Of a stretch of 64,000 nucleotides of DNA, positions 31,510 to 39,844 are shown piece after piece. Each line of letters opens with the position of its first letter. Position 1 is the first letter of the stretch. The notes under the pieces are model-generated. The model was given only the letters and a program-made list of their open reading frames with translations, did not search any database and had not been told where the DNA came from. Origin of the DNA: an uncultured Thermoleophilia bacterium (lineage in GTDB: Bacteria > Actinomycetota > Thermoleophilia > UBA2241). The stretch covers positions 65,014-129,013 of the forward strand of contig CAWHUW010000005.1 in NCBI GenBank assembly GCA_963832655.1, written 5' to 3'. A program made the position numbers and the translations under genes.

Positions 31510-33348
31510 ATGATGCAGTCCAAAGAGCTGCTCGCCAGCATCCTCGATGAGACCGATGTGCCGGCCTTCTGTCCCCAGTGCCATGAGGCGCTCAACCGCT
31601 ACGAGCTCAAGCCGCGCAAGGTGTGGATGCGCCTGCACGTGCGGGCCGCGGGCAAGAACGGCGAGCTGCTGCTCGCCCCGGGCTGGGACGTCGTCGACGG
31701 CCGCGTCGCCGTGCAGTTCGAGCGCCGCACCGACCTCGAGCTCGAAGAGGGCCAGGTGGTCGACGACCTTCTCTGCCCGCACTGCGGCGGCTCGCTGATC
31801 GAAAAGGACGCCCATTGCGAGGAGTGCGCCTCGCCGGTCGCCGTGGTGGTCGCCTCCATGCAATCCAAGCTCGTCGACTTCACCATCTGCAGCAAGGTGG
31901 GCTGCAGCGGGCACGGCATCTCTCCCACCGACGAAGCCCGCATCAAGCCCAAGGTCGGGCGCCAGAAGAAGCCCGAACAGGACGCGCTGCTGCGCACCCG
32001 CAACTTCCAGGAGGTCTCGTACGGGTTCGACCGCGAACTCGCTGTCATGGAAGCCGGCCGCTGCATCCAATGCAAGAAGCCGGCGTGTGTGGCCGGGTGC
32101 CCGGTGGGCGTCGACATCCCCGGGTTCATCGGCCTCATCAAGGAGAGCAGGTTCGTCGAGGCGGCGCGGATGATCAAGGAGAAGAACGCCCTGCCGGCGA
32201 TCTGCGGCCGCGTCTGTCCCCAGGACGACCAATGCGAGAAGATCTGCGTGCTGGGAAAGAAAGAGCAGCCCGTGGCGATCGGCAACCTCGAACGCTTCGC
32301 GGCCGACTTCGAGCGTGAGACCGACGCGGTGACGATCCCCCGCAGGGCCGCCTCGACCGGCAAGCGCGTCGCCGTGGTCGGCGCCGGTCCGGCCGGCCTC
32401 ACCCTGGCCGCCGATATGGTCGCCAAGGGCCACTCGGTGACGGTGTTCGAGTCGCTGCACGAGCCCGGTGGTGTGCTGGTCTACGGCATCCCCGAGTTCC
32501 GTTTGCCCAAGGCCATCGTCAGGGCCGAGATCGACTACCTGCGGCGGCTGGGCGTCAAGATCGAGGTCAACTCGATCGTCGGGCGTCTCTACACGGTCGA
32601 TGAGCTCTTCGAGACCGGCTACGACGCCGTCTTCGTGGGTACCGGCGCCGGTCTGCCGGTCTTCATGAAGCTGCCCGGCGAGAACCTCTGCAACATCCTC
32701 TCGGCCAACGAGTACCTCACGCGGGTCAATCTCATGAAGGCGTACGCGTTCCCCGAGTACGACACGCCGGCGCCACACGGGCGCCAGGTCGCGGTGCTGG
32801 GCGGCGGAAACGTCGCCATGGACTGCGCACGCACCGCAGTGCGCATGGGCAGCCGCGAGGTCTCGATCGTCTACCGCCGTACGCGCGACGAGATGCCGGC
32901 ACGTACCGAGGAGATCGAGCACGCCGAGCAGGAGGGCGTCCGCTTCCGTTACCTGACCAACCCGATCCGCTACATCGGCGACGACCAGAGCTGGGTGCGG
33001 CAGATGGAGTGCATCCAGATGCAGCTCGGCGAACCCGACGACTCGGGCCGACGCAAGCCCATCCCCAAGGCGGGGTCCAACTTCCTCATGGACGTCGACA
33101 TGGTCGTGGTGGCCGTCGGCGCCGGACCAAACCCGGTGCTCTTCTCCGGCGCGCCCAAGCTCGAGCGCAACGACTGGGGCTACATCGACGCGCGGACCGA
33201 GGCTGGCCGCACCAGCATGAAGGGCGTTTGGGCCGGCGGCGACATCGTCACCGGCTCGGCGACGGTGATCCTCGCCATGGGCGCCGCCCGCCAGGCGGCC
33301 GACGACATGCACGAGTACCTCACGAACGGCGGCGGCGCCTGGGCGTAG
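31510..33348 (+). CDS. NfnB/GltD-like NADPH-dependent oxidoreductase beta subunit with about 150-aa Cys-rich N-terminal extension
   Basis: The core from about residue 155 contains RNFQEVSYGF, RCIQCKKPACVAGCPVGVDIP, ICGRVCPQDDQCEKIC, VAVVGAGPAGL, VAVLGGGNVAMDCART and GVWAGGDIV. The extension carries CPQC, CPHC, CEEC and two further Cys. Confidence 0.85.
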   Translation: MMQSKELLASILDETDVPAFCPQCHEALNRYELKPRKVWMRLHVRAAGKNGELLLAPGWDVVDGRVAVQFERRTDLELEEGQVVDDLLCPHCGGSLIEKDAHCEECASPVAVVVASMQSKLVDFTICSKVGCSGHGISPTDEARIKPKVGRQKKPEQDALLRTRNFQEVSYGFDRELAVMEAGRCIQCKKPACVAGCPVGVDIPGFIGLIKESRFVEAARMIKEKNALPAICGRVCPQDDQCEKICVLGKKEQPVAIGNLERFAADFERETDAVTIPRRAASTGKRVAVVGAGPAGLTLAADMVAKGHSVTVFESLHEPGGVLVYGIPEFRLPKAIVRAEIDYLRRLGVKIEVNSIVGRLYTVDELFETGYDAVFVGTGAGLPVFMKLPGENLCNILSANEYLTRVNLMKAYAFPEYDTPAPHGRQVAVLGGGNVAMDCARTAVRMGSREVSIVYRRTRDEMPARTEEIEHAEQEGVRFRYLTNPIRYIGDDQSWVRQMECIQMQLGEPDDSGRRKPIPKAGSNFLMDVDMVVVAVGAGPNPVLFSGAPKLERNDWGYIDARTEAGRTSMKGVWAGGDIVTGSATVILAMGAARQAADDMHEYLTNGGGAWA

Positions 33349-33420
33349 CCCGTCGCGGCGTTCGCTCGCTCAGGCCGACCGGGAACTCGCGGCCCCTCGA
33401 GGGCTGCGGTCCACGCGCGT

Positions 33421-34719
33421 CTATCCCTTGCGGCGATAGACGCGGCGCAGCTCGTCGATGCGGTGCTTCGAGAGGAAGACGCAGTCTCCCTTGGCGGCAT
33501 GGCCGGTCGTCACGTCGTGAGCCATCACTCTGCACGACGGCGCACCGCAAAGCCCGCAGTCGAGCCCGGGGAGAAGGCTCTCGATCTGGTCAGCCTCCTT
33601 CAGGCGTCGCACTCGCTCGCGCAGGTCGCCGACCATGACGGTGGTGCGGGGCTCGGGCACGCGCGAGAGCGAGAAGTCCTCGTTGGCGTACCGCCGCGCG
33701 ACCTCGGCCTCGGTGTGCGGATCCGTGTGGGGAAGCTCCGACGCGAGACTCTGCAGCTTCGCCTGCGACAGATACACGTTGTCCACAGTGAGGTTGCCGT
33801 TGCCACAGCCCGCCCAGCACGCGCTGCACTCGAGGAAGTCGATGTTCTTGAGCCTTCCCTGCTCCACGTCGTCGAAGACCCGGATCACGTTGGGCAGACC
33901 CGTGACGGACAGGTAGCGGTGCTGGCTGGGGAGGTCGGCGAGCGGGCGCGGCGTGGACCAGCTCACCATCGAGGCCGAGCGCACGGGATCCAGCTCCGTG
34001 CGCGCCTCGCCCTGCTTCACCGCGTCGCGCGCGGCGGCCAGCACCGAGTTGTAGATCTGCGGTATGCCGATCGCGCCGTCAAGCGTGCTGCGCCCGCCCT
34101 CGGCGGGCTGTTCGATGGAGACGGTCTTGGCCTGGCAGGTCGCCACGTAGATGGCGGCGATCTGTTCCTCGGGGAGTCCGAGCTCACGCGAGTAGTGCCG
34201 CTTCACCTCGCGCCCCGCGATCTCGCGCGGCGGCTTCATGCGGATGAGCTGCTCGAGCAGCTTCGGGTAGGAGACCTGCAGAAGGCGGACGACCACCGGG
34301 CAGGTGATGGCGATGACCGGACGAGGGCCGGTCCACTTGTCGACGTAGTCGACGATCGCGAGCGTCGTCAGCCTCAGGTCGACGCCGAAGTCCCAGACCG
34401 CGTCGAAGCCGACCGCGAGCAGACCGTGCACGATGTGCTCCGGGTGGACCTCCGGCGGGAACTGCCCGAAGAGCACCGGCGACGGCACGGCCACCTTGAA
34501 CGGGAAGTCGGCGAAGTCGGCGAGCGTGCGTGAGGTCGGCCGGATGGCCCCCGACGCGCACACCGTGAGGCACGCACCGCAGTCGATGCAGAGCTCGTTG
34601 ATCGCCCGCGCCTTGCCCTCGCGCACCCTGATCGCATCCGTCGGGCAGGCCCTCATGCAGGTCATGCAGCCCGTGCAGTCGTCCTCGCAGATGACGAAGC
34701 CGTGGGCGTACTCAACCAA
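33421..34719 (-). CDS. [FeFe]-hydrogenase-like protein, putative sensory type (2x[4Fe-4S] N-terminus, H-domain, C-terminal 4-Cys motif)
   Basis: CTGCMTCMRACP and CIDCGACLTVCA. H-cluster-like motifs AITCPVV (compare TSCCP), ATCQAKTVSIE (compare MPCxxKxxE) and ECSACWAGCGNG (compare ExMxCxxGCxxG). C-terminal CGLCGAPSCRV...DCVF. Confidence 0.8.
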   Translation of the reverse strand: MVEYAHGFVICEDDCTGCMTCMRACPTDAIRVREGKARAINELCIDCGACLTVCASGAIRPTSRTLADFADFPFKVAVPSPVLFGQFPPEVHPEHIVHGLLAVGFDAVWDFGVDLRLTTLAIVDYVDKWTGPRPVIAITCPVVVRLLQVSYPKLLEQLIRMKPPREIAGREVKRHYSRELGLPEEQIAAIYVATCQAKTVSIEQPAEGGRSTLDGAIGIPQIYNSVLAAARDAVKQGEARTELDPVRSASMVSWSTPRPLADLPSQHRYLSVTGLPNVIRVFDDVEQGRLKNIDFLECSACWAGCGNGNLTVDNVYLSQAKLQSLASELPHTDPHTEAEVARRYANEDFSLSRVPEPRTTVMVGDLRERVRRLKEADQIESLLPGLDCGLCGAPSCRVMAHDVTTGHAAKGDCVFLSKHRIDELRRVYRRKG

Positions 34720-35149
34720 GGCCGTCGAGCCTTATCCTCGAGGTGACCGTGGTCCCGACCCCTACCTCGGAGCGGAGGTCGAAGGTGTCGGAGTTCCTCC
34801 TGATGTTCGGCAGTCCCATGCCGAAGCCGAACCCCATCTCGCGCATCTCGTCGGTGGCGGTCGACCAGCCCTCCTCCAGGGCCTGGTCGAGATCGGCGAT
34901 CCCCGGGCCGAGGTCGGCGATCTCGATGCCGATGTCCTCGTCGGTGAGCACGAAGGTCAGCGTTCCCTCGTTGGCGTACATCACGACGTTCATCTCGGCC
35001 TCGAAGCAGACGACGACGACGCGGCGGATGATCTGCGAGTCGATGCCCAGCTCCTTCAGCATCGCCTTGATCTCGGTGGAGATCTCGCCGGCCTTGTCGA
35101 AGTCGTGGCTGTGCAGGGTGAACGAGCGCGAGAGCAGCTCCTCCGTCAC
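34712..35149 (-). CDS. HATPase_c-type anti-sigma-factor-like Ser/Thr kinase (RsbW/SpoIIAB-like)
   Basis: 145 aa; EAEMNVVMYA, IADLGPGIADLD and GFGMGLPNIRR (N, G1 and G2 box-like). Overlaps the hydrogenase-like gene start by 8 nt. Confidence 0.75.
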   Translation of the reverse strand: MTEELLSRSFTLHSHDFDKAGEISTEIKAMLKELGIDSQIIRRVVVVCFEAEMNVVMYANEGTLTFVLTDEDIGIEIADLGPGIADLDQALEEGWSTATDEMREMGFGFGMGLPNIRRNSDTFDLRSEVGVGTTVTSRIRLDGLG

Positions 35150-35515
35150 CTACATCACTCCCTCCAGGCCCGCTTCGTAGAGGATGCCGCAGCTGTCGAA
35201 CATGCCCAGTGCCGTCGCCAGGACGGGGATGCCGTTCTGGACGGCGAGGTCGAGGACCTTCTGCTCGGGGCGCTTGTCGCGCACGTACACCAGGGCGGCC
35301 ACGTCGGCCACGACCGCGGTCCGCACCGACTGGATGTTTGTCAGCCCCGTGAGCATCAGGGCGTGAGGGCGATGAAAGGCGAGGATCTCGCTCATGCCGT
35401 CGGAGGCCACGACGGTGTCGACCTCGATGGCGCGGTCGACCGTCATGAGCGTCTCGCAGCTCAGGAGCTCGGCGATCTCGCTGAGCCTCATCGCCGTGCG
35501 CCCTCGCGCCGTCAC
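35150..35515 (-). CDS. DRTGG domain protein
   Basis: MRLSEIAELLSCE..., ALMLTGLTN and RDKRPEQKVLDLAVQNGIPVLAT. GTGA overlap with the upstream gene; an alternative ATG lies at 35491. Confidence 0.7.
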   Translation of the reverse strand: MTARGRTAMRLSEIAELLSCETLMTVDRAIEVDTVVASDGMSEILAFHRPHALMLTGLTNIQSVRTAVVADVAALVYVRDKRPEQKVLDLAVQNGIPVLATALGMFDSCGILYEAGLEGVM

Positions 35516-35841
35516 CGCAGGCCGAGATCGGCGAGCTTGAGGGCGAACTTCCAGGTGTCGTCGGCCGTCGTGAACAGCGCCAGGCCCACCCGGTCGGCCA
35601 GCTGGATCACGTCGTCGTCCGGCTTCTTGCCATGCGCGAACACGACCATCCCCGCGTCGACCAGGTTCGCGGCGGCGATGAAGTTCTTGTGCGTCTGCAG
35701 CGTCACGAGCATGCTGCCTGCCGTGGCGCCGGTGATGACGTCCGACGCCATGTCGGAAACGTAGACGCCCCCCACCTCCGCGTCGTCGTGGGTGTTGAGC
35801 GGCTCGAGTCCCGTCTTCTCAACGATCTCGGACATCTTCAC
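35512..35841 (-). CDS. DRTGG domain protein
   Basis: MKMSEIVEKTGLEPL..., SMLVTLQTH and HGKKPDDDVIQLADRVGLALFTT. Confidence 0.7.
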   Translation of the reverse strand: MKMSEIVEKTGLEPLNTHDDAEVGGVYVSDMASDVITGATAGSMLVTLQTHKNFIAAANLVDAGMVVFAHGKKPDDDVIQLADRVGLALFTTADDTWKFALKLADLGLR

Positions 35842-35887
35842 TTGGCGTCCCCTTCCCTTTCGCGCGCGGCTTGGCCGGCGGGTGGTC

Positions 35888-36410
35888 CTAGAGTTCGATG
35901 AGGCCGCTGTCGGCGATCACGATGCCCGGACAGCAGTCGACATCGCCGCACATCTTGCAGGGCAGCACGAGGATCTTCTTGGGCCCTTCGCGGAGACGCT
36001 GATTGAAGTACTCGTTCAGCGCCGCGATACCCTCGTCGCTGACGCAGTCGGGGTTCGTCTCGTGGGTCGAGTCGGAGCACAGGGCGACGTAGATCGACGT
36101 GTTCCGGCCCATCTCATGGGCCATGCGGCCGATCTCGCAATCGGGGTTCTCGCAAGTACAGAGCATGAGACCTTCGACGTCGCCGAGGTCGACCGTCTCG
36201 CCGCAGATGTCGCAGCGCATGTTGAACGAGACGGCCTGGGAGCTGACCATGTACTGCCAGTGGTGAGGCCCTTCCTGGTACTCCTCGACCGGAGGGGCGA
36301 CCTCGGTCGAGAAGTACGTTCCCCTGGCTCCACAGTGGTGGCACCCCTCGACGACCAGGTACCCGCTGCGGATATCGATCAGGGACCAACGGTGAGCGCA
36401 CGAGCTCATC
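35888..36410 (-). CDS. cysteine-rich hypothetical protein (14 Cys in 173 aa), first gene of the sensory module
   Basis: ATG 36410 follows CTGGAGGACCG. Motifs CHHCG, CDICG, CTCENPDC and CKMCGDVDCC. No family recognised. GC is visibly lower than in flanking genes. Confidence 0.65.
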
Positions 36411-36435
36411 GGTCCTCCAGTCTCTGAGGCGAAGC

Positions 36436-38679
36436 TCAGATCGTGCCGGTCAGGCCGGATTCCCGCTCGAATGCTACCACAGGCGGGCGCAAGCTCCAGG
36501 GGGTATCCCCGGCAACGCGGACCCGGGGCGGCGGGGCGCTCGCGAGCGCCCCGCCGCCGCGTCCCCTCAGGTCTTGCGGCGCTTCGGCTTCGCCTTGTCG
36601 GGCTTGAAGGACGCCCAGCTCCGTGCGCCGGCGCGGCTTGCGCGACACGTCGACGCGGCCGCGACCGAAGGCGTCCACGTGGCCCCAGCGGCCGGGGATG
36701 TCGAGCAGCTCGAGACGGCCGATGCCCTGGGGCAGGACCGGGTCGACGATGAGATGCTCGCCGCTCGGCTCGAGCCCGAGCATGGTCCTCAGAAGAAGCA
36801 GAGGGGTGCCGGTCGACCAGGCCTGCGGGCTGCACGCCGTCGGGTATTGCACGGGGTACTTCGTGAGCTCGCGCGCGTAGCCGCCGAACGCCTCCGGCAG
36901 GCGGCCGTCGAAGCACTGCGCCGCGTCGAGGATGCCGGCGGCGATGCGCGCCGCCTCCTCCTTGAAGCCGTACCTCCGCAGGCCCCAGGCGATGAACGAG
37001 CAGTCGAACGGCCAGACCGTGCCGACGTGGTAGCCGATCGGGTTGTAGCGCCCCTGGCCCTCGGCGAGCGTCCGCACGCCCCACCCGCTGTACATGGCCG
37101 GCGACATGAGGTGCCGGGACACCGCCTTCGCCTTGGACTTGTCGACGATACCGCTCCACAGCAGGTGGCCGATGTTCGAGGCCAGGGCGTCGACCTGGCT
37201 CCCGTCGACGTCCAGGGCGAGCGCGTAGTACTGGCCGTCGTCGACCCAGAAGTCGCGGTTGAAGCGCCGTTTGAGCGCCGCGGCCTCCTTCTCGAGCCGG
37301 TCGGCGTAGGCCGGGTCGCGCCAGACCTCGCGCGCCAGCCGCGCTCCGCGCACCTTGGCGTCGTAGGCGTACCCCTGCAGCTCGCAGGTCGCGCGCGGAA
37401 AGCCCGGCAGGCGCCCGTCGCGGTACGAGATCGAATCCCACGAGTCTTTCCAGCACTGGTTCTCGAGCCCGGAGGTCTCGTTGCGGCGCTGGTAGGCGAC
37501 GTACCCGTTGCCCTGCAGGTCGGCGTACTCGTCGATCCAGGCGAGCGCCGCCCGCGCCACCCCTTCGAGGTTACGCACCAGCTTCGTGTCGCCGGTCCAG
37601 CGCTCGTACTCGTCGAGCAGCACGACGTAGAGCGGCGTGGCGTCGACCGACCCGTAGTAGGGCGAGTGCGGTCGTTCCTCGAACGCGGTCATCTCGCCGA
37701 AGCGCAGCTCGTGCAGGATCCTGCCCGGGTCCTCGTCGCGAAAGTCGTCGCGGCGCGAGCCCTGCCACAGACCGAGAGCGACGAGCGTCGTGCGCGCGAG
37801 GTCAGGCGCGAAGGGCAGCGCCTGCAGACTGGTGAAGACGCTGTCACGACCGAACATGGTCATGAACCACGGCAGCCCCGCGGCCGGCAGATAGTGGCCC
37901 GGCAGCGAGACCGGCGAGAAGCGCAGGGCCGCGAGGTCGACGAGGCTGCGCTGGTACGTCCGCTTGAGCGCGTCCCAGTCGCAGTCGAGCTGGGGCGCCT
38001 CCTCAAGCCAGGTCTCGAGGCTGAGTTCCATGTTCGGCCGCGCCCGCTTCGCCTGGCGGCCGTACTTCGGTCGCTCGACGCTCGTGCCCCGGACGCCCCG
38101 CCCGATGGCCACGTCGAGGTCGGTCGTCCACCTCCCGTGCGGTTCGAGGTGGACGGCGAACGCGAGGCCGTGCTCGTCGACCGAGCAGGCCGCCGACGCC
38201 GAGATCCAGGTCTCGCGCGCGTAGGTCTCGCGGCGGTAGCCCAGGACCAGCTTGCCGTCCTCGACGCGCGCGGAGTACTCGCCCTTCTTCTCGAGCGCGT
38301 CCTTGACCTCGAACAGGTCGGCGAAGTCGCAGGCCGCCTCGAGGCGCACCTCCAGGTCCACGGCCTTGTCGTCGTGGTTCATCACCGTCAGTTCCTCGTG
38401 GAAGCCGCCGCCCACGGCGCGCTCGCGGATCACCGAGAGCTTGGCGTCGATGTACACGGTGCCGGTCCCCGGGACGAGGAAGAACCGGGTCTCGAAGTAC
38501 TGCAGGTCGTCCACCGACAACGGGTTGAGGCGCTGGCCGTTCACGGTCAGCACCCATTTGGAGAGGAACCGCGTGTCGAACGAGAAGAGGCCGGTCGGGT
38601 CGGTCGGCGACGCCTCGATGTCGCCGCGGTCGTCGCTGACGACGAAGGTGTTGCCGTCGAGGATCTTGACCTCGCTCAT
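36436..38679 (-). CDS. amylo-alpha-1,6-glucosidase / glycogen debranching enzyme family protein
   Basis: 747-aa ORF; ATG overlaps the SCP2 stop (ATGA) and follows GAGGAGG. N-terminal GDE domain MSEVKILDGNTFVVSDDRGD; GLPWFMTMFGRDS; (alpha/alpha)6 barrel part. The last ~45 codons (36436-36566) look non-coding, so the true stop is probably 36567. Confidence 0.85.
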   Translation of the reverse strand: MSEVKILDGNTFVVSDDRGDIEASPTDPTGLFSFDTRFLSKWVLTVNGQRLNPLSVDDLQYFETRFFLVPGTGTVYIDAKLSVIRERAVGGGFHEELTVMNHDDKAVDLEVRLEAACDFADLFEVKDALEKKGEYSARVEDGKLVLGYRRETYARETWISASAACSVDEHGLAFAVHLEPHGRWTTDLDVAIGRGVRGTSVERPKYGRQAKRARPNMELSLETWLEEAPQLDCDWDALKRTYQRSLVDLAALRFSPVSLPGHYLPAAGLPWFMTMFGRDSVFTSLQALPFAPDLARTTLVALGLWQGSRRDDFRDEDPGRILHELRFGEMTAFEERPHSPYYGSVDATPLYVVLLDEYERWTGDTKLVRNLEGVARAALAWIDEYADLQGNGYVAYQRRNETSGLENQCWKDSWDSISYRDGRLPGFPRATCELQGYAYDAKVRGARLAREVWRDPAYADRLEKEAAALKRRFNRDFWVDDGQYYALALDVDGSQVDALASNIGHLLWSGIVDKSKAKAVSRHLMSPAMYSGWGVRTLAEGQGRYNPIGYHVGTVWPFDCSFIAWGLRRYGFKEEAARIAAGILDAAQCFDGRLPEAFGGYARELTKYPVQYPTACSPQAWSTGTPLLLLRTMLGLEPSGEHLIVDPVLPQGIGRLELLDIPGRWGHVDAFGRGRVDVSRKPRRRTELGVLQARQGEAEAPQDLRGRGGGALASAPPPRVRVAGDTPWSLRPPVVAFERESGLTGTI
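36527..36558 (-). terminator. perfect 32-nt GC palindrome (possible terminator/attenuator) between the debranching-enzyme gene and the sensory module
   Basis: GGCGGCGGGGCGCTCG/CGAGCGCCCCGCCGCC gives 16-nt perfect arms. It lies just downstream of an alternative in-frame stop (TGA, complement of 36567-36569) that a 1-nt correction near 36610 would expose. Confidence 0.4.
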
Positions 38680-39062
38680 GACTGCCTCCTCGCGTAGCCG
38701 GCCGCGGGCACATCGGCACCCTTCTCCTCGCCGGGCGAGAATCGCTGGAGGGCGACCAGCAGGAGCATCCTGCCTTCGACCTCGAGGGCTCCCCGCAGGA
38801 TCGCCGCCATCATGTTCGCCTCGCCGCTCAGCACGGCGGTGAAGATCGCGGCGTCGCCGCGCAGGACGGCGTCCGGATCGCCTCCTTTGCGGGCGATGGT
38901 CACCGTGCCTTTCGCGATGGTGAGGTACCAGTGGTCGGTCCGCCCGGCGTCCTCGACGTCCAGGCGGACGACGCCGCTGATGGCAGCCGGCAGGCGCCGC
39001 TCGCGCGACTGCGCCGCGATCGCCTCCAGGAGGTCCTTCATCCGTGCCGCCATGGTGCTCAT
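38676..39062 (-). CDS. SCP2 sterol-carrier-like domain protein
   Basis: AAISGVVRLDVEDAGRTDHWYLTIAKGTV...GEANMMAAILRGALEVEG. The probable start is ATG 39053 (AAGGAG 9 nt upstream). Confidence 0.75.
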   Translation of the reverse strand: MSTMAARMKDLLEAIAAQSRERRLPAAISGVVRLDVEDAGRTDHWYLTIAKGTVTIARKGGDPDAVLRGDAAIFTAVLSGEANMMAAILRGALEVEGRMLLLVALQRFSPGEEKGADVPAAGYARRQS

Positions 39063-39068
39063 CTCCTT

Positions 39069-39836
39069 CTAGAGGCCCTTGTTCCAGTGGGACATGCCGC
39101 CGTCGACGTAGTAGGTGCTGCCGGTGACGTACGCCGCCTCATCCGAGGCGAGGAAGACGGCGACGGAGGCGACCTCATCGGGCTCGCCGAGGCGGCCCAG
39201 CGGGATCACGCCCTGCAGCTCGTGCAGCAGCTCGCCGTCGCCCAGGGTGCGCTTGTTGATCGGCGTGGCGATCGCGCCGGGGGCGATGTCGTTGACGGTG
39301 ATGCCGTGCGGCGCGAGCTCCTGGCAGACGGTGCGCGTGAACATGCGCATGCCGCCCTTGGACGCCGTGTACGTGCTGAACTGAAGAAAGGCGACGTCCT
39401 CGTGGATCGACGAGACGTTGATGATGCGGCCTCCGGCGCCGGCATCGATCATGAGCTTGGCGGCCGCTTGGGCGGCGAAGAACGCGCCCTTGAGATTGAC
39501 GCCGAGAACGAGGTCGAAGTGCTCCTCGCTCACGTCGACGAACGGCTCGCGGACCTCGACGCCGGCGTTGTTGACGAGGATGTCGAGGCGGCCGAGCGAG
39601 GCGTGCGCGTCGCGCACCAGGCGCTCGGCCTCGTCCGCCTCACCGACGTTCGCGCCCAGCGCGACCGACTTCCTGCCCAGCTTCTCGATCTCGGCCACCA
39701 CGGCGCGCGCGGTGTCGCCGCCGTGGTGGTAGTGCACGGCCACGTCGGCGCCCTCGCGGGCGAAGCGCAGCGCGATGGCCTCTCCGATGCCGCTGGAGCT
39801 GCCGGTCACGAGCGCCGCCTTGCCTTGGAGTCTCAT
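39069..39836 (-). CDS. SDR-family oxidoreductase (glucose 1-dehydrogenase-like)
   Basis: ALVTGSSSGIGEAIA, NNAG and catalytic YTASKGG. Confidence 0.9.
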   Translation of the reverse strand: MRLQGKAALVTGSSSGIGEAIALRFAREGADVAVHYHHGGDTARAVVAEIEKLGRKSVALGANVGEADEAERLVRDAHASLGRLDILVNNAGVEVREPFVDVSEEHFDLVLGVNLKGAFFAAQAAAKLMIDAGAGGRIINVSSIHEDVAFLQFSTYTASKGGMRMFTRTVCQELAPHGITVNDIAPGAIATPINKRTLGDGELLHELQGVIPLGRLGEPDEVASVAVFLASDEAAYVTGSTYYVDGGMSHWNKGL

Positions 39837-39844
39837 CGGTCATC

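Noticed and set aside
31570-31584. CPQCH in the NfnB N-terminal extension looks like a c-type haem attachment motif
   Set aside because: The protein has no signal peptide and is a cytoplasmic flavoprotein subunit. The motif pairs with further CxxC motifs in a zinc-ribbon-like pattern, so the CxxCH match is coincidental.
29950-33312. 1120-aa minus-strand ORF, the longest in the track
   Set aside because: Only its last 171 codons (29950-30462, DUF1269-like, with its own SD and ATG) look coding. The rest is Arg/Ala/Gly/His-rich translation antisense to the well-supported nfnA and nfnB genes. This is the usual stop-poor shadow ORF of very GC-rich DNA.
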